From assembly GCA_050293845.1 (NCBI GenBank), contig JBNKNM010000003.1, positions 1 to 35,445 of the forward strand: a stretch of DNA of 35,445 bases. The letters run 5' to 3'. The stretch is from Pseudobacteriovorax sp. (lineage in GTDB: Bacteria > Bdellovibrionota_B > Oligoflexia > Oligoflexales > Oligoflexaceae). A program made the translations under genes and the position numbers. The notes below the pieces were generated by a model. That model was not told the DNA's origin and searched no databases. It was given only the letters and a program-made list of their open reading frames with translations. Shown here one piece after another: positions 1 to 8,644 of the stretch; the stretch's first letter is position 1; every line of letters begins with the position of its first letter.

Positions 1-2
1 AT

Positions 3-1115
3 TTAAAGAATATAGATAGCTTTACCAACCATGTTGAATCATTTGATCTGGCTTCTATTGAATATGCTGAAATTGTGGCTCAGCAAGCAGGTATAGCTTT
101 GGAAAACGCTATGCTAACAGAAGAACGAGAGAACTTATTCGAAGGTTTTGTCCATGCTGCAGTTACTGCTATTGAGCAAAGGGATCCCACTACTAGTGGT
201 CACTCCCACAGAGTGGCGCAACTTACTCTGGCCATGGCCGATATTATCAACGGTATTTCCCATGGTAAATTTGCCAATATCAACTTCACAAAAAACCAAT
301 TTAAAGAAATCGAATATGCATCTCTACTACATGATTTTGGCAAGCTTGGGGTAAGGGAACAGGTTTTAACCAAAGCTAAAAAGTTGTTTCCTTGGGAATT
401 AGAATTAGTCCTGGAAAGATTCGATCATATTCGCTCCCGCATGCAGGTGGAACACCTGGAAGAAATGGTTCGATATTTGCAAGATCAAGGTAAGTTTCCT
501 CCAGGGTTTGGCCCCGAGACCTTTCGCAAAACATTTGAACACAAGTTAAATGAGGTCGATGAATATCTGCACTTTATCCTTAAATCTAACGAGCCTACTG
601 TCCTCGAACAAGGTGGCTTTGAAAAGTTAAAAGATATTGCAAATTTGATATTTACTGACTTTTACTCTAAAGATCGCCCATTTTTGAAAAATAAAGAGCT
701 GGAAGCCCTCAGTGTCTCACGCGGGTCCTTAACCCGTGAAGAGTTTGCTGAGATTCAAAGTCATGTCAATCACACATATGAATTTCTCCGCAAGATCCCC
801 TGGGGACGTGACCTTTCTAATGTTCCTCAAATAGCCGCAAAGCACCATGAAAAGCTTGATGGTTCTGGGTACCCCACATCAGCGAGAGGACAAGAAATAC
901 CAGTACAAACGAGAATCATGACGATTTCTGATATATACGATGCCCTCACAGCTTCCGATAGACCTTACAAAAAAGCAGTTCCCATTGATCGCGCCTTGGA
1001 TATATTAAATATGGAAGTACGCGCGGGTAAACTTGATCAAGCTCTATTCGATATATTTCTAGAGTCAAAGGTCTATGAATTTGCTCTTGCGAGTAAAAAG
1101 AAAAAACTCTACTAA
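3..1115 (+). CDS. HD-GYP cyclic dinucleotide phosphodiesterase with upstream GAF domain (5'-truncated by window edge)
   Basis: Frame is open from position 3 (LKNIDSFTNHVESFDLASIEYAEIVAQQAGIALENA, a GAF C-terminal helix). Motifs DPTTSGHS, LHDFGK, HHEKLDGSGYP and DRPYK, with a long helical insertion in the HD domain. Confidence 0.9.
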   Translation, partial: LKNIDSFTNHVESFDLASIEYAEIVAQQAGIALENAMLTEERENLFEGFVHAAVTAIEQRDPTTSGHSHRVAQLTLAMADIINGISHGKFANINFTKNQFKEIEYASLLHDFGKLGVREQVLTKAKKLFPWELELVLERFDHIRSRMQVEHLEEMVRYLQDQGKFPPGFGPETFRKTFEHKLNEVDEYLHFILKSNEPTVLEQGGFEKLKDIANLIFTDFYSKDRPFLKNKELEALSVSRGSLTREEFAEIQSHVNHTYEFLRKIPWGRDLSNVPQIAAKHHEKLDGSGYPTSARGQEIPVQTRIMTISDIYDALTASDRPYKKAVPIDRALDILNMEVRAGKLDQALFDIFLESKVYEFALASKKKKLY

Positions 1116-1148
1116 TGAAGCGTAGGTTTTTCCAGCGAAATTGGGCCG

Positions 1149-1748
1149 ATGACGGGACTTAACAGCGATATTCTTAAACTAGCTTATAGCAATGGATTCT
1201 TCCCAATGCCTCATCCCGAAACGGATGAAATTTGTTGGTTTAATCCCGACCCAAGAGCTATATTACCATTGGAAAAATTTCATGTTTCCAGGTCGTTGAA
1301 AAAACATATCAACAAGGGAATCTTCAAAGCCACCATGGATTATGATTTCAAAGGTGTGATGGAAGGTTGCGCCGATAGAAAAGAGACCTGGATCAATGGG
1401 GAAATTTATAAGGCTTACAACGAGTTATTTGCTGAGGGCATGGCCCACTCTATTGAAGTTTGGCATGGTCCACAGCTGGTCGGCGGACTCTATGGTGTAT
1501 CCCTGGGATCTGCTTTCTTTGCAGAATCTATGTTTCACCGAGAAACCGACGCATCTAAAGTAGCTCTTTGTGCCCTCGTCACCAAACTGAAGGAGCAAGG
1601 CGCCCGTCTTCTTGAAGTTCAATTTTTGACACAACATCTGAAGTCTTTAGGGGCTATTGCCATCCCCAACAGAAACTATATGCAAATTCTGGCTGACGCT
1701 CTCCAAGGAGACATGTATCTCAGCAAAGAAACTTTGCGCATCCTGTGA
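1149..1748 (+). CDS. aat: Leucyl/phenylalanyl-tRNA--protein transferase
   Basis: AYSNGFFPM, WFNPDPRA, TWIN, AHSIEVW, LVGGLYGV, FFAESMF, DASKVAL, QFLTQHLKSLGA. Confidence 0.95.
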   Translation: MTGLNSDILKLAYSNGFFPMPHPETDEICWFNPDPRAILPLEKFHVSRSLKKHINKGIFKATMDYDFKGVMEGCADRKETWINGEIYKAYNELFAEGMAHSIEVWHGPQLVGGLYGVSLGSAFFAESMFHRETDASKVALCALVTKLKEQGARLLEVQFLTQHLKSLGAIAIPNRNYMQILADALQGDMYLSKETLRIL

Positions 1749-2050
1749 CTGCTATAGGGAATACTTCACAACAGAGCGAAATTGCTTATATATTAAACTT
1801 GCCAAGCCTCGACATTTCCTATGACCCACCAGCATTCCCGCTTTCATTTTAACTTGCTTCTGGGACGACAACTGAAAAAAATGGAAAAACCATATCAAGC
1901 AGAAACCTAACGGCTCTCACAATAGGGGTGCGGGTTCATCGCCTTTATATCCATGAGTACCCTGTTAAGGTTGACATATCATAGCAAACGATGAAATTTT
2001 TGGATTCCAGCTTTAGTAGGAGTTTTTTTCTAAACTAGCTCAGAGTCTGG

Positions 2051-2079
2051 TTGAAAATTTTGGATATGGAGTATAGGTT
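2051..2079 (+). promoter_or_regulatory. Putative sigma70 promoter for rpsU
   Basis: TTGAAA-N17-TAGGTT about 120 nt upstream of the rpsU ATG, which has the SD GAGGAG. Confidence 0.4.
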
Positions 2080-2198
2080 TTTTGTTTAAAATAAAGAAAG
2101 TCATGCCGTCATTTTAACGGTATGAAAGGTTTTATCTGGTGAAAGTGTCATGATTACATTAACATAGCGTTTGTTTTCAAAAAAATACTGAGGAGAGT

Positions 2199-2393
2199 AT
2201 GCCCGGAGTAAGATTACGTGACGGAGACAATGTGGAAAGAGCTCTTAAGGCCCTGAAAAAACAGGTGGAAAAGGCTGGAACGATTTCCGAACTCAAAAAG
2301 CGTCAGCACTATGAAAAGCCATCCATTCGGCGAAAAAAGAAAGAGGCGGCAGCTAGAAAGCGTCTCATGAAGCAGCTAAGGAAAATGTCTTAA
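2199..2393 (+). CDS. rpsU: 30S ribosomal protein bS21
   Basis: [27 protein letters not shown]...[18 protein letters not shown]. Confidence 0.97.
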   Translation: MPGVRLRDGDNVERALKALKKQVEKAGTISELKKRQHYEKPSIRRKKKEAAARKRLMKQLRKMS

Positions 2394-2415
2394 AAATCTC
2401 ATTAAGTCTAGCCAT

Positions 2416-2994
2416 ATGCTAATATTTTCAAAGCCTGTTGAGATTGAAAGCGTGGAGAAAAATTCGCGCTTTATCGCTGTAGGTTTGCCTTGCCAAAGCA
2501 TCGATGAATTTAAGCAATATCTTCGGCAATTACAGCAAAGATTTGCCGATGCCACCCATATAACCTATGCATATAAGATGTACGATAATGGAACCCTACG
2601 CATAAAGTTATCGGATGATGGCGAACCATCTGGAACAGCAGGTAAGCCGATTTTAAACCATATGGAAGGCGTAGATCTGATCAATGGGGTAATTTTTGTT
2701 GTGCGCTACTTTGGTGGAACAAAACTCGGGGCAGGAGGACTCGTCCGCGCCTATGGTAATGCTGCTAAAGAGTGTTTGGCTCAAGGGAAACTCGAAAATT
2801 ACATCGAATACACACACCTCCAGTTTTTCCTAGCTTACAGTCAAAAAAAACAGCTCGACTACTCTATCAAGTTGTGTGCAGGTCACGTCAAAGACATTGA
2901 TTACGGCGAAAAACTCAATTGCTACATATGCATCCCGAAACAGAATCTTTTAAAGTTTTGGGAATTATTGCCAGATGCTAAAACCACCTCATAA
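2416..2994 (+). CDS. yigZ: YigZ/IMPACT family protein
   Basis: KNSRFIA, ATH, SDDGEPSGTAGKP, VVRYFGGTKLGAGGLVRAY. Confidence 0.93.
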   Translation: MLIFSKPVEIESVEKNSRFIAVGLPCQSIDEFKQYLRQLQQRFADATHITYAYKMYDNGTLRIKLSDDGEPSGTAGKPILNHMEGVDLINGVIFVVRYFGGTKLGAGGLVRAYGNAAKECLAQGKLENYIEYTHLQFFLAYSQKKQLDYSIKLCAGHVKDIDYGEKLNCYICIPKQNLLKFWELLPDAKTTS

Positions 2995-2996
2995 AG

Positions 2997-4631
2997 TCAG
3001 TTTTTAATCCAAGGAAGACTGAGGGCATACTCGGTAACTTTTGCAGGATTTTTAAGCTGTAATTCCAGATTAGAAAGCAGTAAAGCTGGTGCCACGGTAC
3101 TTACGGGAACAGTCCCAGACTCTGCTCCACAATATCCATTATCTAGCTCAGTTTCCGACCCTACAGCAATGATGTTAGCTAAAGAACTCAAGGGAGTGCC
3201 CACAAAATCAACACCTCGCACCAAATGTTCTTTACCATTAGCATAAACTTTAACAGCCTTAGTCACTTGACCGAGGAACGCTTGAAAATCATAGGCTTCT
3301 GTCTCGGTTTCCCCGCCCTCAACCTCAATTAAAATAATCCCGAATTTTAAGTTTTGTCGTTTGACTTCCTGGACCAGAGCTTCTTTAAGCTCTGACCAAC
3401 TCAGACCATTATGGGATTCGACAATAAGGTTCCCCATACGGCTTATTGGCCTTTCATAGCTTTGATTCCGAGCATGGCCATTGCTATGATGAAGACGCTT
3501 CTTTAATGGGGAGCGGGTCGATAAAAAACCTTTTAGAATTCCCTTATCGACCAAACATGTTTTTTGACTCTCCACGCCCTCATCATCAAAGGGAAAGTGC
3601 CCTACAAGGGATCGTCCTTGAAAATGAGTTTTACTAGGATCGTCAGAGATACTGAGGGATTCACTCATGATTTTCTGACCTACACGATCCTTGAAGGTAC
3701 GTCCCTCACTATCGGATAACAAGCGGGAACCTTCGAGCCTATGCCCAACCACTTCATGAATAAATAATCCAGCCGGCCTAGGTGCTAAAAGCACAGGACC
3801 TGCAAAAGATTTCATTTGGTCAGCTGTTTCTAGCTGGTACAGCATGGCTACTTTTTCATGGATAGCCTTTATAAAAGTGGATAGACGAGGGAGTTCAGCT
3901 TTATCAGTGGTATGATAAACGAGGTGGTAATCCTGGTTTACCTTTTTGGAGTGATACCACATGTAAGCGCTAAGGCTATAGATTTTTGTCTGCCACACCT
4001 TCCGGACTCCTTCTGCATTGATATAAATCTTGGTTACCAATTCACAGGAGTAATCACAGTAGGAATTCTTGATTTTGTCGTATTTTTTGAAGACACGGCT
4101 GGCCTTAAGAACAAAGTCACAAAAAAAATCTTCAGCAAAATCAGGCTCCTTCAATCGGATAGGGGGCTGCTGTTGTATGCGTTCCTTAGAGAAAGAAGGT
4201 AAGGTGCGATTTTCATCTAAATAACTGATATCTCGTGATTTTCTACCATGATACTGACTGACTGCCTCCCTATATTTTGCATCGGTTAAGCGCCATAGGG
4301 CAAAGCGCAATCCATCTTCATTATTATCTATAGGCATTTCGACTAGCTCAACCGATTCAGCATCCTCGGAGTTATCGGCAAGTCCACCTTTTGTAACCTG
4401 GTCGAAGCGATAATCTCCCACGCGTACATCGACAAAGCAATTACGGTTGTGATCCCGCTTTCGTAAACCTAAAGATCCATAACGACCCCAAACATTATAG
4501 CTTTCAATATCACGATAGAGGTAACTGATAAAGTAAGGCTTTGGGTGCCGAGGTGCTCGCAGACCTTGCATCGACCTTTTTAGCTCTTTATCCATGGCTA
4601 TGATCAAATTTTTTGCTACACGAGAATTCAT
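2997..4631 (-). CDS. TldD/PmbA family metalloprotease (TldD-like catalytic subunit)
   Basis: HEVVGHRLEG metal motif, FDDEGV, SNGHAR, RMGNL, GYCGAESGTVPVS. Confidence 0.85.
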   Translation of the reverse strand: MNSRVAKNLIIAMDKELKRSMQGLRAPRHPKPYFISYLYRDIESYNVWGRYGSLGLRKRDHNRNCFVDVRVGDYRFDQVTKGGLADNSEDAESVELVEMPIDNNEDGLRFALWRLTDAKYREAVSQYHGRKSRDISYLDENRTLPSFSKERIQQQPPIRLKEPDFAEDFFCDFVLKASRVFKKYDKIKNSYCDYSCELVTKIYINAEGVRKVWQTKIYSLSAYMWYHSKKVNQDYHLVYHTTDKAELPRLSTFIKAIHEKVAMLYQLETADQMKSFAGPVLLAPRPAGLFIHEVVGHRLEGSRLLSDSEGRTFKDRVGQKIMSESLSISDDPSKTHFQGRSLVGHFPFDDEGVESQKTCLVDKGILKGFLSTRSPLKKRLHHSNGHARNQSYERPISRMGNLIVESHNGLSWSELKEALVQEVKRQNLKFGIILIEVEGGETETEAYDFQAFLGQVTKAVKVYANGKEHLVRGVDFVGTPLSSLANIIAVGSETELDNGYCGAESGTVPVSTVAPALLLSNLELQLKNPAKVTEYALSLPWIKN

Positions 4632-4634
4632 AGG

Positions 4635-5090
4635 CTAATGGGGTTCCCTATAAGTATCGATTATGATCTCCACATCATGGGCACCAAGGGGAACTCCCCT
4701 AACCTCACCCACTAAATCCCCTGGCTGATCTGCACCGGCGATCCCATCTAAATCTAAACGAGCTTTTATTCTGAGTTTTTTGGGAGTTGGACGATTCTCA
4801 TTCATGACCCTGAGACGCTCTTTCGTTATGCGAAAACTGTGACTATTGGCGCTGATCATAGGTTCGTCGAGGTATATTTTCATAGCTCCATAGGGCATCG
4901 GTACGCCATCTTCAAAAACCACCAAAAACAAGGTTTTGGCAAACTCCGCCTTACTTTCTATAGCTGGCGATAAACTAATATTACCCTCAGCATAGGCCGG
5001 GGAAGCCTTGCCAAAATTCATGGCGGCGACCATGGCAATAATTGCTACCAAACTTAATGCTAAAACACCAACAAGTACGATTTTCTTCAT
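4635..5090 (-). CDS. Exported protein resembling the C-terminal periplasmic domain of CcmI/CycH
   Basis: N-terminal hydrophobic anchor; GNISLSP..TLFLV..PMPYGAMK..IKARLDLDGIAGADQPGDLVG resembles the CcmI C-terminal beta-domain; SD GGAGGAG. Confidence 0.55.
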   Translation of the reverse strand: MKKIVLVGVLALSLVAIIAMVAAMNFGKASPAYAEGNISLSPAIESKAEFAKTLFLVVFEDGVPMPYGAMKIYLDEPMISANSHSFRITKERLRVMNENRPTPKKLRIKARLDLDGIAGADQPGDLVGEVRGVPLGAHDVEIIIDTYREPH

Positions 5091-5099
5091 TAGCTCCTC

Positions 5100-5633
5100 C
5101 TAACGCTTTTTAATTGATAGGACCAGACTGACCAAAGCAACAATCTCATCTGAAGTTTCAGGGCAGCGGCACTCCACATCTATGGTAAGTTCTTGATGCT
5201 CCCCGGTAATTTCCGCCTTTTCAACTAATTCACTAATCTGCTTTCCCTGATGGCAAAGGAACTCTACATCACCACAGGGGAGCTTTAAAAATTGAGCCTG
5301 CGTGCTCTTAAAAACCAAATCAATCCGATAGCCCTTAGAGAAAACTAATTTTGCAGCATAGTAACCGGCTGCGCAATCTGCCCCTATCATAATAGCACCA
5401 AAATACATGGATTGAAGGTGATTCTTGGAACGTCGTCGCAAAGGAATTTCGACGCGTACCATTTCATCGGTTAATTCTTTGACTTTCGGCTTTACGTAGC
5501 CTAACAAGGGAATTTTCAAGAAGCTGAATATCCGTAAAAAGGCAGTATCAAGATATTCAGCTGGTACAATACGGCTCAGAGATTGAACAACTTTTTGGCG
5601 GAATTCCAATGATATCATTAGGAGAAGCTCCAA
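5100..5633 (-). CDS. DUF4442/PaaI-like hotdog-fold thioesterase family protein (start may be ATG 5618)
   Basis: KIPLLGYVKP, IPLRRRSKNHLQSMYFGA, AQFLK. Confidence 0.75.
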   Translation of the reverse strand: MELLLMISLEFRQKVVQSLSRIVPAEYLDTAFLRIFSFLKIPLLGYVKPKVKELTDEMVRVEIPLRRRSKNHLQSMYFGAIMIGADCAAGYYAAKLVFSKGYRIDLVFKSTQAQFLKLPCGDVEFLCHQGKQISELVEKAEITGEHQELTIDVECRCPETSDEIVALVSLVLSIKKR

Positions 5634-5786
5634 ATAAGATAAATATCTGGCCTTGAAAGCGAGCAGAATACCGAAATTTAGGTAATTATCCTACTACATT
5701 TTCAAAATAACTCACCGCGTCTCTTCGTTTAACTAGCTGTTATTTATACATTATATAATTAATTTCACGACACTACAAATTGTCTA

Positions 5787-5814
5787 TTGACATACTGGCA
5801 TATTATGGTAGTTT
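5787..5814 (+). promoter_or_regulatory. Putative sigma70 promoter of the lipoprotein gene
   Basis: TTGACA-N16-TAGTTT with an extended -10 TG. Confidence 0.45.
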
Positions 5815-5877
5815 TGGCGTATCCCAAGTGGGATTCTCGACTTTCTAGGAAAACTGCCGTAGATTGAGGAAAATACA

Positions 5878-6309
5878 ATGTTGAACCAATTCCTAATAGC
5901 GATTTCATTACTTAACCTCGTCGGCTGTGGCTCGGCGTCGTTTGTTGGTACAAAGTCAAAAGACAATGGGTCCAATAACCCACCAACCGTAGATATCATT
6001 AATCCCGGTGAATCTGTTGATACCAAAGAACCTGTGGAGGACTGTACAAAAGAGAACGCCGGTGACGATTGTATATGTCCTACAGAAGATACCTCTTTAG
6101 ACAAGTTTCCTGGTATTGCCGGATCTAAAAATAATGAAGAAGGACCGTCCAAGTGTGAACCTAGTGAAGGCGGGAATGATGAAGATGAAAAGCCTAATGA
6201 AGATGAAGATGAAAAGCCTAATGAAGATGAAGATGAAGATGGGAAAAACGAAGATGATAACACCGATTGCGATGATGCTGGACAAAATGACAGTTCCCAC
6301 CAGTGCTAG
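5878..6309 (+). CDS. Acidic, Cys-rich low-complexity lipoprotein of unknown function
   Basis: Lipobox LVGC at residue 17; SD GAGGA; Asp/Glu-rich repeats; ends in Cys. Confidence 0.7.
   Translation: MLNQFLIAISLLNLVGCGSASFVGTKSKDNGSNNPPTVDIINPGESVDTKEPVEDCTKENAGDDCICPTEDTSLDKFPGIAGSKNNEEGPSKCEPSEGGNDEDEKPNEDEDEKPNEDEDEDGKNEDDNTDCDDAGQNDSSHQC
6178..6237 (+). repeat. 24-nt in-frame tandem repeat (DEDEKPNE x2.5)
   Basis: GATGAAGATGAAAAGCCTAATGAA exact at 6178-6201 and 6202-6225, partial third copy to 6237. Confidence 0.9.
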
Positions 6310-6437
6310 ATGACCAAGGAATTTTAATTCCTCACTGCCCAAAGGTACTAGTGCTTTCCAGAAATCACGCTTGCTCGATCCCTTGAAAAGGACACCGAAA
6401 GATATTAATGGAATATTTCTCTTAAGTTAAGTCCAAT

Positions 6438-6469
6438 AAAAACACTGTGTTAGAACAGTGTTTTTTTTT
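6438..6469 (+). terminator. Intrinsic terminator, possibly bidirectional
   Basis: AAAAACACTGT-gttaga-ACAGTGTTTTT perfect inverted repeat running into a T9 tract. Confidence 0.75.
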
Positions 6470-6533
6470 GTTTTAGCACTGGAGAAAGTCGTCCGAAGTG
6501 AAGCCATAAGTCACCCCCCTTTTTGGAGCATTA

Positions 6534-7724
6534 ATGAGTTCGGCGAAGCCCTATAAAATTTCTGACAGCACGCGTAAACGCTGTGACATTTTTGAGCTTA
6601 GTGAGAAGACTGTTGGAAAATTTACCCCAGTGAGTTTGGAATTATTCCACTATCTTAAAGAAATAAAAATCATAGATTTCAGTATATTCTTTAAGGTAGA
6701 TCGCACCATGATCGAATATATAACTCCAAAAGAATTCACGACTGAACTTGTAGAGAATATCTTAGTAGCTCGTAATAAAGATTTTGATAATCTTGATATT
6801 TGTGTTCATAACGAAGATATTGAGAAGTTTAATGCAATTATTGATGAAATACGGAATCGAAAAATTAGAGCTCTGATACAAAAAGATCCCCACCTCGACG
6901 CAAATACGCTGAAAATGTTCTCTAATCTTTCAAAAGCCAGCCAGATGGTGGTGAAAGGCGGCATCGATATCAAAGTTGCCCAGCAGGCTAAAGCCATTGC
7001 CAGCCAACTAATTGATAATATGATGGAAAGTGAAATAGCCGTCGGTACTCTGAGTCGCATGGTTCTAGCTGACCCAACGCTTTATGATCACTCTGCCTCT
7101 GTCGCAATGATAGCGGGAGTTATTTCTAGAAAGTTGCTGAGGAAATCAAAACAAGAGTCGGAAAGAATAGCTCTTGGAGGTCTCTATCATGATGTTGGAA
7201 AGACATGTGTCCCCTATAACATTCTAAACAAGCCTGGAATTTTCACCTCAGAAGAATTTGAAGTCATGAAAACCCATACGACATTAGGTTTTGATGAGTT
7301 GATGAAGGCCATTGATTTAGGAGCTCCCATTGAGAACGATGTCGCACTTGTGGCTCTGGAACATCATGAAAAGTTCAAAGGTGGCGGCTACCCCCACGGT
7401 AAGGAAGGTAGAAAAGAAGAGTGCGACCATGGCATCCATGAGTATTCTAGAATAGTGACAGTTGCCGACGTATATTCAGCCTTACTAATGAAAAGAGTCT
7501 ACAAAGAAGCATTTTCTCCACAGAAAGCTCTTGCAATCATGAAAGCAAACGCTGATACAGCATACGATCCCATTATATACAGGCCTTTTGAAAACAATGT
7601 CAAAAGATCGGTTCGGCTTTATGAGCTAATGGAAGAAAAAACCGCTCAAAAAGGTAAGATCATTGTTATTGACGATGATGACCACCATTCCTGTCGTCAC
7701 AAGCATAATAAAGCTTTACCCTAG
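6534..7724 (+). CDS. HD-GYP domain phosphodiesterase
   Basis: LYDHS, YHDVGK, HHEKFKGGGYP, VADVYSAL, KRVYK. Confidence 0.88.
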   Translation: MSSAKPYKISDSTRKRCDIFELSEKTVGKFTPVSLELFHYLKEIKIIDFSIFFKVDRTMIEYITPKEFTTELVENILVARNKDFDNLDICVHNEDIEKFNAIIDEIRNRKIRALIQKDPHLDANTLKMFSNLSKASQMVVKGGIDIKVAQQAKAIASQLIDNMMESEIAVGTLSRMVLADPTLYDHSASVAMIAGVISRKLLRKSKQESERIALGGLYHDVGKTCVPYNILNKPGIFTSEEFEVMKTHTTLGFDELMKAIDLGAPIENDVALVALEHHEKFKGGGYPHGKEGRKEECDHGIHEYSRIVTVADVYSALLMKRVYKEAFSPQKALAIMKANADTAYDPIIYRPFENNVKRSVRLYELMEEKTAQKGKIIVIDDDDHHSCRHKHNKALP

Positions 7725-7996
7725 CTTTTAAAGCCTAGCCTACATTTCAGACAAGAATGCTCTTCCTTTCCACAATCGGCGCATATGCGAATCACGTGAT
7801 CGGCAGACTTTTTACTTTTGAGTTTATCCTTGTCTTTACGGTCGGGAAACAAAGCTAGGGTTATATGTTTTACTGCAAAATAGAAGAGAACAACGGGCAG
7901 TGCTAACTTTCCTAAAGTAAAGATTACAGGCATCCCTCCTCTTGAGGCGATTAAAATCAGTACTAATACCCCTAGTAAAATTTTCCAATTTTTCAT
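7721..7996 (-). CDS. Small membrane protein with C-terminal CxxC-x6-CxxC
   Basis: Two hydrophobic segments followed by CADCGKEEHSCLKC; last gene of the ccm run. Confidence 0.6.
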   Translation of the reverse strand: MKNWKILLGVLVLILIASRGGMPVIFTLGKLALPVVLFYFAVKHITLALFPDRKDKDKLKSKKSADHVIRICADCGKEEHSCLKCRLGFKS

Positions 7997-8005
7997 TACA
8001 GTCTT

Positions 8006-8641
8006 TCATTCTGCCTTTGTTGGTCGTGACCAATATGCTAATCCAAAGCAGGAAATAAGAATGATTCCAGCAGCTATCAAACCATAACGCCAAAACTCTG
8101 CACGACCTTCGGCGATTCCTTTTATTGTTAGCCTAATAACATCACCCTTTTTAGAATCAAATAAAAAATACTTGTCATACTTTTGTCCGTCTCCTTTTTT
8201 CGAAGACTGAAGATTATCTCCTTCAATCATAAGATCACTGGCAGTCATGATTGATATTTCATTGACATCTGTCGGTAAATTCAAGGTGAGTTCAGCTTGG
8301 CCATTTTCTGCTAAAGCTTTAAATCCAATGGTGTGAACATTATCACCAGGTTTAAAGCTTTTAGCAAACGAAAGGCCGCCATCTTTTCCCAAACTAAACT
8401 GGACACCATTAAAACCATCTTGGACTTGCCAATCTACAGTTTCTTGGGGAAGGACAACTTTAAATGTAGCATTTTCTTCCACTTCGCTATTATTTTGAAC
8501 CATAAACATGTACTGGCCCCAAATAGCATCGACCCCTCCATGTAAAACATAAATGTAGCGAGGTACCATATTCACAGCACCCATTACTGGTCCACTCATA
8601 GACAAAAAAGCCAGTATCATTAGTGTCAATTTCACAGTCAT
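8006..8641 (-). CDS. Exported protein with C-terminal membrane anchor in the ccm operon
   Basis: Signal peptide, beta-rich core, C-terminal TM (YGLIAAGIILISCFGLAYW); 3 nt from the upstream gene. Confidence 0.7.
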   Translation of the reverse strand: MTVKLTLMILAFLSMSGPVMGAVNMVPRYIYVLHGGVDAIWGQYMFMVQNNSEVEENATFKVVLPQETVDWQVQDGFNGVQFSLGKDGGLSFAKSFKPGDNVHTIGFKALAENGQAELTLNLPTDVNEISIMTASDLMIEGDNLQSSKKGDGQKYDKYFLFDSKKGDVIRLTIKGIAEGRAEFWRYGLIAAGIILISCFGLAYWSRPTKAE

Positions 8642-8644
8642 TCC

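Noticed and set aside
1749..2198. 6S RNA, tRNA, SRP RNA or tmRNA call
   Set aside because: No T-loop, SRP or tmRNA signature was seen and the usual zapA/ygfA context of 6S RNA is absent; kept only as a weak candidate
6178..6237. Tandem repeat as a CRISPR array
   Set aside because: Copies are contiguous and in frame, with no spacers and no cas genes
5784..6342. Alternative ORFs over the lipoprotein (Ser-rich 159 aa, Phe/Ile-rich 81 aa, Met/Lys-rich 65 aa)
   Set aside because: These are shadow frames of the GATGAA repeat; only 5878-6309 has an SD and a lipobox
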